A stretch of DNA of 31,325 nt. Origin: a virus. Lineage: Duplodnaviria > Caudoviricetes. The notes beneath the pieces were generated by a model. That model ran no database searches, was not told the DNA's origin, and was given only the letters and a program-made list of their open reading frames with translations. Below, piece after piece: positions 23,714 to 31,325 of the stretch. Every line of letters begins with the position of its first letter. Position 1 is the first letter of the stretch. The DNA lies in the IMG/VR virus record IMGVR_UViG_3300045526_000100, positions 1 through 31,325 of that record, one strand, 5' to 3'. The translations under genes and the position numbers were made by a program.

Positions 23714-26700
23714 ATGGCCGTTGCCCATAGTGCTGCCTCGGAGTCCCATACAGGGACAACAGGCTCAACCAACCAAGCGTCGTTCTCGTGGACGCATACG
23801 CAGACGGGCACGCCTCAGGGTGTGCTCGTTTTTGTGCACACAATCAGCGCAACCGATACGGTCACCAGTGTCACCTATGGCGGCACTGGCTTAACCCGCG
23901 TAGACGGCGGTGCTGCGATTGACAGTGCTGGCGAGCCGGGCCGGACTGATCTGTTCTTCCTTGGCTCGGGCCTGGCATCTGGTAACCAGACCATCACGGT
24001 CAACCGGACCAACAACGCCACGGTGATGTACGCGGCGGCGGCGACAGTCACCGCTGCCACCGCCACGAACGTCACTGGCATTGTGCTGCTGGAAGGTGAC
24101 GGCACGATGACTGTGCAGAGCGTCACCGATGGCGGCGCTCCAACCAACAGCCTTCGCTACGCGGGTGCCTATTCGGGCCTTCAGGCACCACCGCCGGCCG
24201 GCACTGGCAGCACGCTGCTCACCAGCATTGACTTCGGCAACTTCGGCGCCGCACTGGTCCGTGAGACCACCGCTGGTACGGGTGCCCGCGACGTTGGTTT
24301 CAACTCAAACTCAGATGACCGCGCCGCTGTCCATGTCGCGGTCCGTGAGCTGTGGAACCGCACTGACACGCAGACGGTCGGCGCTTTCACGCTGACGGGC
24401 GTCGCCGCCACTTTTGGGGTTAATCATCCAATCTCCGGCGGAACAGGCAGCTTCAGCTTTGTAGGTCGAGACACAACGCTCACCAAGGCTGAAGGCCCAG
24501 CGACGTTATTCGCAGAACCAGGGTCAGTCACCCTGACTGGAAACGACGCCACTACGCTACATAATGTCAGCTTGGTCGGAAATACAAGAAACATTTTCCT
24601 GCCTGAGCGCAATACGATAACGCGCAGCAGCGAGCTAAACGCACCAAATATAAGTGAGGGATTTGCCCGATCTAACTGCACTGTTTCGGTAAGTCCAGAC
24701 ATTCTGGCTCCAAATGGAGAACTGCAAACTGTTCTCTTTAAGGAAACAAGCGACGTATCAAACAGTCAACACCGTCTGCAGCCAATAAATCAAGTTACTT
24801 TCTTGGTCGGGCGGTACTACGGGCTTTCACTTTACGTTAAGCATTACGCAGGAACAAGCCCGCGTGGCATCAAGCTGTATTTCAACAGCAGCCTCAGCTA
24901 CGCAACCTTTTCTATATCTGAAAGCGGTGTCACACTTATCGCCAGTAGTGGCACCCTTGATAGAGGATTCATTGGTCAAGGCAACGGTTGGTATCGATTG
25001 TTCCTAGTCGATAATGTTAACACGAACCAGACAACTACGCCCTGCTTTTTTTATCTGACAAATGGCACCAGCGATTCATACATCGGCGATGGTGAATCCG
25101 GCGTCTATGTCTGGGGCGCTCAGCTTGAGGAAATAAGCAAAGAATTTTATAGTTATGAAGCGTATCCAAGCACCTATGATCCTACAAACTTCACCGCTGT
25201 TAATAGCAACAGCCTGCTACATAACTCTAGGATCGTTGCCGACATTGGGCCGCTCGCACTCACAGGCCATGATGTAACACTTGCCAAGGGCACAGCTGGC
25301 ACGCTAACTCTTCCTGCCGAAGTTGGCGCTTTAACTCTTACCGGCAATCCGGCCTCTACTCGCCACAACCCGAGCATTGACGCGGGGTCTGGCGTATTCA
25401 GCCTGACGGGGCAGCCAGCCACGCTCAGTAAGACAAGCTCCACAACTCTCATTGCTGAGACTGGTGCGTTTGCGCTGACGGGCAATCCAGCTGACACGCG
25501 GCATAACCCACGCATTGATGGTGGTGTCGGTGCAATCAGTTTTACAGGCCAACCAGCAACATTCACTCGTTCACGAGTAATTGCTGGCGACACTGGTGCG
25601 TTCGCCACCGCCGGTCCGCCGGCACTACTTCGTCATAACCCGCGGATCGAGGCTGCCACCGGCTCGTTTGCACTGACCGGCGGCAGCCCCGCCCTGCTGC
25701 GCGGGCGATACCTCAGCGGCGGCGCTGGCACGTTCACCGAGACCGGCCAGCCCACCACCTTCCGCCGCACTCGGGCGATCCAAGGCGGCACTGGTGCGTT
25801 CTCACTGACGGGCTACCCGGCAGCCCTGACAGAGATCAATGCGTATCAGATCAACGCCTTAGTTGGTGCGTTCAGCCTCACCGGCAATGCCGCACAACTG
25901 GCGCGGAGTCGTCGATTCTCTGTCGTCGCCGGAGGCTTCAGCTTTACAGGACAAGCTGCAGGGCTACGCCAGGCGTATGCACTTACAGCAGACCGAGGGC
26001 AGTTTGCGCTGACGGGTGGTAGCCCGTCGCTTACTTGGTCTCGGCGCAGCACCTTCAATACCGGCAGCTTTTCGCTGACCGGCAACACTGCTGCGCTGCT
26101 GCACGCGACAAAGCTCACCGGAGAAACCGGAGCCTTTGCGTTAACAGGACTGGTTGCGGGACTAGCGAAGCAATCGGCCCGTGAACTTGCTGTTAACACC
26201 GGCCTTTTCAGCCTGACGGGTCGTCCTGCAACGCTTAAGCGGGCACTCCTGTTTGGTGTCAGCAGCGGCAGCTTCACCCTTGGCAGCCCAAGTCCTGTTC
26301 TGCAGCGGGGCTGTGTCACCACCGGCGGGCGTGGCGAGTTCTTGCTCAGCGGGCAGCCGGCCGCGCTGCTGAAGGCGTATGTGCTGGACGCGTCAATGGG
26401 CGCGTTCGACCTAACTGGGCAAAGCGCCAACCTCACCGACACTGACGAGCTGTACCCCGCAGCGGGTGCGTTCAGTCTCAGTGGGCAGGACGCAGGGCTG
26501 GCGAGAAGCCGCACCATGCCGGTCTCGGCTGGTGTGTTCTCCCTCAGCGGCCAAGCAACGGCCCTTCTGGAGGGGCGCGGACTGACCGCCGAGCGCGGAA
26601 CCTTCTCGCTGTCTGGTCAGCAGAACACACTGCGGCAGGGCTACCTGCTGAGTGGTGCTGCAGGCAGCATCTCGCTCATCGGCAACGCTGCTGGCCTCAG

Positions 26701-27022
26701 CAAGCAGACCGCTAGGGAGCTGCTGGGAGGTGTTGGTGCCTTTAGCGCAACAGGCCAGGCGGCCTCGCTGCGACAGAACCCTGCGAGCGCTGCCGATCGC
26801 GGTCAGTTCACGCTCTCGGGTCAACAGGCAACACTGAAGCAGGGCTACCTGCTCACCAGTGCAGCTGGCACCTTCAGCCTCACCGGCAACCCCGCCACTC
26901 TTGCCAAGCAATCGGCCAAGCAGCTCACGGCCGAAGCTGGAGCGTTGACGCTGACCGGCCACGCGGCAAGTCTTACGGTCTTGGGGACGGTAACGAGAAG
27001 AAGGAACGTCCTAATCTTCTGA
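23714..27022 (+). CDS. Large repeat-containing fibre/spike protein (1102 aa) with an inserted CBM-like domain
   Basis: AAGGAGG RBS upstream. More than 25 repeats of about 22-26 aa with core G-x-F-x-L-T/S-G-x-x-A-x-L. Internal domain with GNGWYR...GDGESGVYVWGAQLE. Confidence 0.8.
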   Translation: MAVAHSAASESHTGTTGSTNQASFSWTHTQTGTPQGVLVFVHTISATDTVTSVTYGGTGLTRVDGGAAIDSAGEPGRTDLFFLGSGLASGNQTITVNRTNNATVMYAAAATVTAATATNVTGIVLLEGDGTMTVQSVTDGGAPTNSLRYAGAYSGLQAPPPAGTGSTLLTSIDFGNFGAALVRETTAGTGARDVGFNSNSDDRAAVHVAVRELWNRTDTQTVGAFTLTGVAATFGVNHPISGGTGSFSFVGRDTTLTKAEGPATLFAEPGSVTLTGNDATTLHNVSLVGNTRNIFLPERNTITRSSELNAPNISEGFARSNCTVSVSPDILAPNGELQTVLFKETSDVSNSQHRLQPINQVTFLVGRYYGLSLYVKHYAGTSPRGIKLYFNSSLSYATFSISESGVTLIASSGTLDRGFIGQGNGWYRLFLVDNVNTNQTTTPCFFYLTNGTSDSYIGDGESGVYVWGAQLEEISKEFYSYEAYPSTYDPTNFTAVNSNSLLHNSRIVADIGPLALTGHDVTLAKGTAGTLTLPAEVGALTLTGNPASTRHNPSIDAGSGVFSLTGQPATLSKTSSTTLIAETGAFALTGNPADTRHNPRIDGGVGAISFTGQPATFTRSRVIAGDTGAFATAGPPALLRHNPRIEAATGSFALTGGSPALLRGRYLSGGAGTFTETGQPTTFRRTRAIQGGTGAFSLTGYPAALTEINAYQINALVGAFSLTGNAAQLARSRRFSVVAGGFSFTGQAAGLRQAYALTADRGQFALTGGSPSLTWSRRSTFNTGSFSLTGNTAALLHATKLTGETGAFALTGLVAGLAKQSARELAVNTGLFSLTGRPATLKRALLFGVSSGSFTLGSPSPVLQRGCVTTGGRGEFLLSGQPAALLKAYVLDASMGAFDLTGQSANLTDTDELYPAAGAFSLSGQDAGLARSRTMPVSAGVFSLSGQATALLEGRGLTAERGTFSLSGQQNTLRQGYLLSGAAGSISLIGNAAGLSKQTARELLGGVGAFSATGQAASLRQNPASAADRGQFTLSGQQATLKQGYLLTSAAGTFSLTGNPATLAKQSAKQLTAEAGALTLTGHAASLTVLGTVTRRRNVLIF

Positions 27023-27044
27023 TTAGGAGTACAAGATAGAACAA

Positions 27045-27055
27045 GGAAACCTTGT
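27045..27055 (+). promoter_or_regulatory. Recurrent motif GGAAACCTTGT with no ORF directly downstream
   Basis: Intergenic; lies within the hairpin AACAAGG-AAA-CCTTGTT. Confidence 0.5.
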
Positions 27056-27057
27056 TA

Positions 27058-27127
27058 TAGAGCTGTTCTCAATCCCAGGGGCTCAGCAGCTCTACGAGGG
27101 GCGCGGCTCGTTAAAAACGCGCACCTC
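27058..27127 (+). ncRNA. Candidate structured small RNA (two adjacent hairpins)
   Basis: Stems TAGAGCTG/CAGCTCTA (27058-27094) and GAGG-G-GCGCG/CGCGC-A-CCTC (27096-27127) directly follow a motif copy. Confidence 0.35.
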
Positions 27128-27139
27128 TGACAGTTTACA

Positions 27140-27150
27140 GGCAACCTACG
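27140..27150 (+). promoter_or_regulatory. Recurrent motif GGCAACCTACG
   Basis: 24 nt upstream of the first lysis-region ORF. Confidence 0.55.
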
Positions 27151-27174
27151 GGGTAGTGATCCCCGATCAGCGTT

Positions 27175-27447
27175 GTGGTTGAGGTCATGGCTGCCGCTAT
27201 CGGGGCCTCGATCACCGTTGGAGCCATGGGACTTGGAGCCATGGGCAGTCGCTCCCGTGAAGGTCGGGATGCTGTGATCCGGCTAACAGCAGCCGTTGAG
27301 AACGTCGCCACTCGTTTGGAGTCGCTTCACATTGACATCAAAGCCGACCGCAAGGAGACCACGGGCAGACTCAGCGAAGTTGAGCAGCGCATCTCCAAAC
27401 TTGAAGCCTCGGGCTTCTACGGCAGGCGCTGCACAGACAATGGCTAA
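27175..27447 (+). CDS. Small membrane-anchored coiled-coil protein (lysis region)
   Basis: Hydrophobic N-terminus followed by a heptad pattern (RLSEVEQRISKLE). Confidence 0.65.
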   Translation: MVEVMAAAIGASITVGAMGLGAMGSRSREGRDAVIRLTAAVENVATRLESLHIDIKADRKETTGRLSEVEQRISKLEASGFYGRRCTDNG

Positions 27448-27691
27448 CCCCACCGTCGTAGCACTGGTGTTACGGCTACTGGTGGGTTGCTACAGCTACC
27501 AGCTGGTGATGGCAAGCGCCAATGTCGCCAGTTGTGAGTGGCGTCGCCCTGGCCAGTGCGGCAACCAGTGGACGCAGGCGTTCACCGTGGCTGGTGGTGC
27601 TGCCAGCACGCTCTGGGCGTATGTCACCGACAGCCCCAACCAAAGCACCAGCACCAGACGGCGAACCAGGAAACCCCCGACGACACCATGA
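27440..27691 (+). CDS. Putative holin-like membrane protein (83 aa)
   Basis: ATG at 27440. Two hydrophobic segments flank a Cys-x7-Cys loop, with a basic C-tail (RRRTRK). Upstream of the endolysin. Confidence 0.5.
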   Translation: MANPTVVALVLRLLVGCYSYQLVMASANVASCEWRRPGQCGNQWTQAFTVAGGAASTLWAYVTDSPNQSTSTRRRTRKPPTTP

Positions 27692-27990
27692 TGCGAGCTG
27701 TCAGCGATGCTGTGGTGACTTTTGTCACCTTGGGCTTCACCGAAGCGGTGGTGAAACCGATTGCCAAGGCACTGGTGCAGCGGTCCCTGAAGCGAGCGCT
27801 GCCCTACGTCTATGAGCGGCTTGACAACGAGATGCCAACGCTGCTGAAGACCACGCCGATTGAGATGGTGGCGGAGTTTGGAGCAGCGATTGAGCAGGCC
27901 ACAGGTCAGCCTGCCACTAGAAAGCAGATTGCCTACGTGGCTCGCAATTACGACCCATTGCGAGCTGTCCTCCGCAACGTCCAGCAATGA
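27688..27990 (+). CDS. Hypothetical lysis-region protein (100 aa)
   Basis: ATGA overlaps at both ends; hydrophobic N-terminus. Confidence 0.6.
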   Translation: MMRAVSDAVVTFVTLGFTEAVVKPIAKALVQRSLKRALPYVYERLDNEMPTLLKTTPIEMVAEFGAAIEQATGQPATRKQIAYVARNYDPLRAVLRNVQQ

Positions 27991-29042
27991 AGCTGCGCCT
28001 TACAGAAGCGGCCAAGTGGTACAAGGGCCAACCACACCAGCTGGCAGCGTTCAACTGGCTGGAGGAGCAGTTGAGTGCAGAGGTGCTGGAGGAGTTTGCG
28101 GAGATGTTTCGGGCCGCACCAGCGGTGAAGTCCCCGCTGCCCCCGCCGTGGCTGACCCCAGCACTGAAGATCATCCGCGAGTGGGAGGGCCTACGCCTAG
28201 AGGCGTACAAGTGCCCTGCGGGGATCCCAACGATTGGCTACGGAACGACCCGCACCAAGAACGGCCCTGTGCGGATGGGCCAGACCATCACCCAGCAGGA
28301 AGCGGATGAACTGCTGGCCCATGACGTAGAGCAGCTCTTTGGACCCGGTGTCTTGTCTCTGCTGCCAATGGCAGCGAAGTGGTCACCCAACCGAATCGCT
28401 GCGCTGGTGAGCTTTGCCTACAACCTCGGCCTTGGCGCACTGGAGGAGTCAACCCTACGCAAACGTCTCTTTGCAGGAGATGACCCGTTCACGGTGGTGC
28501 GTGAGGAGTTCCCCCGCTGGGTGTATGCCGGTGAGGCGGTACTGCCTGGCCTAGAGCGTCGCCGTGCTGCTGAGGTAGCCCTGTTCTGCAGTGGCGCACC
28601 GGCCAAGCCGTCTGAGCCACCAACGCTGACACCACAGTCGTCGTTCAGCGCCAAGATCACACCTAACATCCGGCTGGGTGAGTTTGCGTTGGATCAAAAG
28701 GAACGGCAGTTCAAGCAGCAGCACCAGATCGAGACAGCAATGGAGCTGGCCAACTTCATGGAGCGTGTGCGGCGTAACTTCCATGGGATGCCAGTGATCA
28801 TCACCAGCGGCTACAGACCACCCGCCGTCAACAAGGCCGTGGGTGGTGCCAAGGAGTCAGAGCACCTCTACTCAAAGGCCGGCGAGGGTGCTGTGGACTT
28901 CTACCTGGACGGAGCTGACATCAACGCAGTACAGCAGTTCTGCGATAAATACTGGCCCTACAGCGTCGGCTATGGAGCCCCGAAGGGTTTTGTCCACCTT
29001 GGGCGCAGGGCAGACGGCAAGCATCGCCGCTGGGTGTATTGA
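27987..29042 (+). CDS. Endolysin: GH24 lysozyme fused to a peptidase M15 domain
   Basis: WEGLRLEAYKCPAGIPTIGYG (E-x8-C-x5-T), ALVSFAYNLG and GLERRRAAE for GH24. IITSGYR...GGAKESEHLY...AVDF...FVHLG for the Zn peptidase. Confidence 0.92.
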   Translation: MKLRLTEAAKWYKGQPHQLAAFNWLEEQLSAEVLEEFAEMFRAAPAVKSPLPPPWLTPALKIIREWEGLRLEAYKCPAGIPTIGYGTTRTKNGPVRMGQTITQQEADELLAHDVEQLFGPGVLSLLPMAAKWSPNRIAALVSFAYNLGLGALEESTLRKRLFAGDDPFTVVREEFPRWVYAGEAVLPGLERRRAAEVALFCSGAPAKPSEPPTLTPQSSFSAKITPNIRLGEFALDQKERQFKQQHQIETAMELANFMERVRRNFHGMPVIITSGYRPPAVNKAVGGAKESEHLYSKAGEGAVDFYLDGADINAVQQFCDKYWPYSVGYGAPKGFVHLGRRADGKHRRWVY

Positions 29043-29045
29043 GGT

Positions 29046-29216
29046 ATGGACTCAGTTAGCTGGCAGGTGCAGGAGGGACTGGTGTTAATCCGACGCAAGA
29101 GCACCGGCGTGGAGCTATGGCTTGCGGTCCACCGAGGCCACACGTACATGAGCTACAGCGAGGTCGCCGCACGGCTGTGGCTATTCCGCGCTAAGGACGG
29201 TGATCAGGCGTGCTGA
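29046..29216 (+). CDS. Small hypothetical protein (56 aa, not in the ORF track)
   Basis: ATG 3 nt after the endolysin stop; MDSVSWQVQEGLVLIRRK... Confidence 0.45.
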   Translation: MDSVSWQVQEGLVLIRRKSTGVELWLAVHRGHTYMSYSEVAARLWLFRAKDGDQAC

Positions 29217-29359
29217 TCTCCTTTTGAGGAGCGCAGACACTCCCAGGTCACCTCAGCCTGCCAGCGCTGGCGGTGCTCAACGCAATAGCCGAGCCCACAA
29301 ACTCTCCAGAATGTCTCCCCATTCTTTTCTATTTGTTCAATCCGCACCTCATCAACCAC
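29204..29359 (-). CDS. Small hypothetical protein (51 aa, not in the ORF track)
   Basis: MVDEVRIEQIEKNGETFWRVCGLGYCVEHRQRWQAEVTWECLRSSKGDQHA, with a minus-strand motif copy upstream. Confidence 0.55.
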   Translation of the reverse strand: MVDEVRIEQIEKNGETFWRVCGLGYCVEHRQRWQAEVTWECLRSSKGDQHA

Positions 29360-29360
29360 C

Positions 29361-29390
29361 GGAAACTTAGGCGCAACCGTCTAGGTTCCC
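29361..29390. promoter_or_regulatory. Opposed motif pair: GGAAACTTAGG (+, 29361-29371) and GGGAACCTAGA (-, 29380-29390)
   Basis: Each copy lies 20-22 nt upstream of the start of one of two divergent ORFs. Confidence 0.55.
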
Positions 29391-29393
29391 GCG

Positions 29394-29744
29394 ATGGCTT
29401 GGGGTGAGTGGATGGTCGCTAAGCCGCAGCCGGAGCACCTGCTGAATCTGGAGCAGCAGCGGCGAGTGATCAAGACGATCAACCTGGAGCAGGCCCGTGA
29501 CATGCTGTGGCGGCTATGTCAGCTGACGCTGCACCAGGATCTGATCTTGCGTGCTGCGACTAAGCGGATTGCAGAACTGGAGCTTTCCATCGAGCTTGGC
29601 GTTCCTTCATCGGCAGGGTCTCCGGTATCGGGGGAGCCAGCCGCACCGGCGGCTGAACAGGAGGAACCACCGGCTCAGGGGCTGACGCATGTGCCGTGGG
29701 CGCTTCGTCTTGTTCGCACGGTTCTTGCATTGCGAGGGGGTTAA
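29394..29744 (+). CDS. Hypothetical protein (116 aa)
   Basis: MAWGEWM...ILRAATKRIAELE helical core with a motif upstream. Its C-tail overlaps the sigma gene. Confidence 0.65.
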   Translation: MAWGEWMVAKPQPEHLLNLEQQRRVIKTINLEQARDMLWRLCQLTLHQDLILRAATKRIAELELSIELGVPSSAGSPVSGEPAAPAAEQEEPPAQGLTHVPWALRLVRTVLALRGG

Positions 29745-30660
29745 GGCCCGCACGCCCCAGCTGGAAGCGGAGTTTGCGAACGGCACGCTCAGTGATTTGC
29801 CGCACCCGCTCACGGGAGGTGCCGGCCTGACGGGCCAGCTCTGCGTTGGTCATGCAGACACCATCCACAAGGCCGTACTTGCTCACAAGGAAGTCACGCT
29901 CCCGCTCGGTGAGGTGCTCCATGGCAGCCACCAACACCGGACGCCGCAGTTCCAGGTCCAGAGCGATGTCAGCGTCGTCGCGGTCTTTCTCGTCCTCATA
30001 AACGATCAGATCCATCAGACGGGAGCAATCGTGATCAGCAAGCACCTGTGAGTCAAGTGAGATGGTGCCGTTTCCGCGGTTACGCAGCAGCACCAGCTCC
30101 TCAACGGGGACGTTGAGGTCATCTGCCAGCTCCTGCATCGTGGGCTGTCTATGCAGATCGTGCATAAGCCGCTCATAGGTTTTGGCGAGCTTCCCCGCCA
30201 GCTCTGCGATGTGGTGGGGGCGACGGATCGCCCACTCCTGTTGCGCGATGGCGCGGGTGATGGCTTGGCGAATCCACCAGTAGGCGTAGGTGGAGAACTT
30301 GTAGCCGCGGGCGGGGTCGAACTTCTCAGCGGCACGCACCAACCCGCTGGAGCCCTCCTGGATCAGGTCAAGCATGTCCAGCGACTGCAGGCGACGCTGG
30401 ATGTACTTACGGGCGACAAAGACGACAAGGCGGAGGTTGGCGGTCACCATCCTCTCCTTGGCGCGTTTGCCCTTACGCACCAGCACCTTCTCGGTCTTGG
30501 TGAGTTCACGGGTTTCGGCTTCGACTTCCAGGGCTATGGACTGTTGGATCAAGCGACCGAGGGTGATCTCCTCGTCATTGGTGAGCAGGGGGATGCGACC
30601 AATGTCATCGAGGTAGCGATCAACGCTGGAGCGTTCGTGATTGGCAATGCGAGCGGTCAT
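29560..30660 (-). CDS. RpoD/SigA-family (group 2-like) RNA polymerase sigma factor
   Basis: YLDDIGRIPLLT..EEI (region 1.2), ANLRLVV, DLIQEG, EKFDPARGYKFSTYAYWWIRQAITRA (region 2) and SRERVRQI (region 4.2). Confidence 0.95.
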   Translation of the reverse strand: MTARIANHERSSVDRYLDDIGRIPLLTNDEEITLGRLIQQSIALEVEAETRELTKTEKVLVRKGKRAKERMVTANLRLVVFVARKYIQRRLQSLDMLDLIQEGSSGLVRAAEKFDPARGYKFSTYAYWWIRQAITRAIAQQEWAIRRPHHIAELAGKLAKTYERLMHDLHRQPTMQELADDLNVPVEELVLLRNRGNGTISLDSQVLADHDCSRLMDLIVYEDEKDRDDADIALDLELRRPVLVAAMEHLTERERDFLVSKYGLVDGVCMTNAELARQAGTSRERVRQITERAVRKLRFQLGRAGLNPLAMQEPCEQDEAPTAHASAPEPVVPPVQPPVRLAPPIPETLPMKERQARWKAPVLQSA

Positions 30661-30809
30661 GCGCTTGGGCGAGGAAGGGTGTCAATGGCCGCGGCCATAC
30701 GGCGAGGGGAGTCGAGGGGTTCATCGTTGAACGCCTCAGCCCAGAAGGCATCAAGGGCGGCTTGGAGGATCTCGGGCGGGTGAGGGTCAGGGGCTTCAGT
30801 CGTCGCCAC
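30657..30809 (-). CDS. Small hypothetical protein (50 aa)
   Basis: GTG at 30809 with an AGAGGAG RBS; the stop overlaps the sigma ATG (ATGA). Confidence 0.55.
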   Translation of the reverse strand: MATTEAPDPHPPEILQAALDAFWAEAFNDEPLDSPRRMAAAIDTLPRPSA

Positions 30810-30942
30810 GTGACTCCTCTTGCTTTTGCTGCTCCAGCAGCCACAGGCCAAACGCCACGTAGTTCTCACGGGCTTGGCGGTTGGCGGGGGCCATGGGGAA
30901 CGACTCACCCCACCACTTATCAAAGGCGTCTGCGACGTTCAC
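30796..30942 (-). CDS. Small hypothetical protein (48 aa, not in the ORF track)
   Basis: MNVADAFDKWWGESFPMAPANRQARENYVAFGLWLLEQQKQEESRGDD; GTGA overlap with the upstream ORF. Confidence 0.6.
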   Translation of the reverse strand: MNVADAFDKWWGESFPMAPANRQARENYVAFGLWLLEQQKQEESRGDD

Positions 30943-31100
30943 TGCCCCACCTCCTGGGGCTGAGCAGCGGTCCACTCCTGATAAAGGCCGGTGTAAAGGG
31001 AGTAGAGGGGGTGCTCCTTACGGTCGCGCCCAGACCGGCGGAACAGGTCATCGAGCAAGTCTTGGCGAAGTTGCTGCTCTACGGGGTCACAATCTCTCAT
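30939..31100 (-). CDS. Small hypothetical protein (53 aa, not in the ORF track)
   Basis: MRDCDPVEQQLRQDLLDDLFRRSGRDRKEHPLYSLYTGLYQEWTAAQPQEVGQ; first of a chain of overlapping ORFs leading to the sigma gene. Confidence 0.6.
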   Translation of the reverse strand: MRDCDPVEQQLRQDLLDDLFRRSGRDRKEHPLYSLYTGLYQEWTAAQPQEVGQ

Positions 31101-31158
31101 AACTAAGTGGGGTGGGATGGGGGCAGAAGGAAGGGGGCTGCTGCCCCCGAGGTTCCCG

Positions 31159-31325
31159 CTAGATGGCGGGCATGGCGTAGTTGCCGGTGGTAGCGGCGTA
31201 GTGCTTCCAGCAGACCTCTGGACTGTTGCCAGCCCAGGAGGCGATCTGCGCCACGGGCACCCCGCGTTCCAGCGCCACGGAGATTTGAGTGTGGCGCAGG
31301 TCGTAGGGGCGGAAGCGTGCGGGGA
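31159..31325 (-). CDS. int: Tyrosine recombinase/integrase, C-terminal fragment (5' part outside the window)
   Basis: The minus strand reads ...RFRPYDLRHTQISVALERGVPVAQIASWAGNSPEVCWKHYAATTGNYAMPAI*, with the box II (Y/H)xLRHT and catalytic Tyr. Confidence 0.85.
   Translation of the reverse strand, partial: PARFRPYDLRHTQISVALERGVPVAQIASWAGNSPEVCWKHYAATTGNYAMPAI

Noticed and set aside
25225-27000. CRISPR array or DGR template/variable repeat
   Set aside because: The repeats are degenerate, protein-level and in frame. There are no identical repeat-spacer units, no adenine-specific variant pair that I could see, and no reverse transcriptase in the window.
27296-27687. Upstream starts for ORFs 27296 and 27538 given by the track
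   Set aside because: They overlap neighbouring genes extensively. ATGs at 27440 and 27688 give coupled, minimally overlapping genes.
31119-31148. GGGGGCAG / CTGCCCCC hairpin after the integrase stop as a terminator or att site
   Set aside because: It has a 14-nt loop, no U-tract and no second copy in the window, so no function can be supported.

Overview
This window is the morphogenesis, lysis and adjacent region of a temperate, GC-rich tailed phage or prophage. It looks siphovirus-like, and a picocyanobacterial host (Synechococcus/Cyanobium type) is my inference from the SigF-like and group-2-like sigma factors and the small ORFs. Gene order: terminase large subunit, portal, MuF-like head protein, scaffold, major capsid, head-tail adaptor, a truncated sigma factor, tail tube, two inverted neck genes, tape measure, tail/baseplate proteins, tail chaperone with a -1 frameshift, fibre-like proteins, lysis cassette, an RpoD-family sigma factor, small ORFs and the 3' end of a tyrosine integrase. 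The standout feature is a 311-aa intein in the terminase Walker A motif. It has no in-frame endonuclease, but a complete HTH-HTH-HNH endonuclease gene lies on the opposite strand inside it, with both frames open. Other notable features are a recurrent GG(A/C/T)AA(C/T)CT(A/C/T)GG motif upstream of about 14 genes on both strands, which may be the promoter for the region-4-less sigma factor; a relocated lambda-type G/GT frameshift; a candidate structured ncRNA before the lysis genes; and a perfect 39-bp inverted repeat at the window edge. Family assignments come from motif recognition by eye, and no database searches were run.
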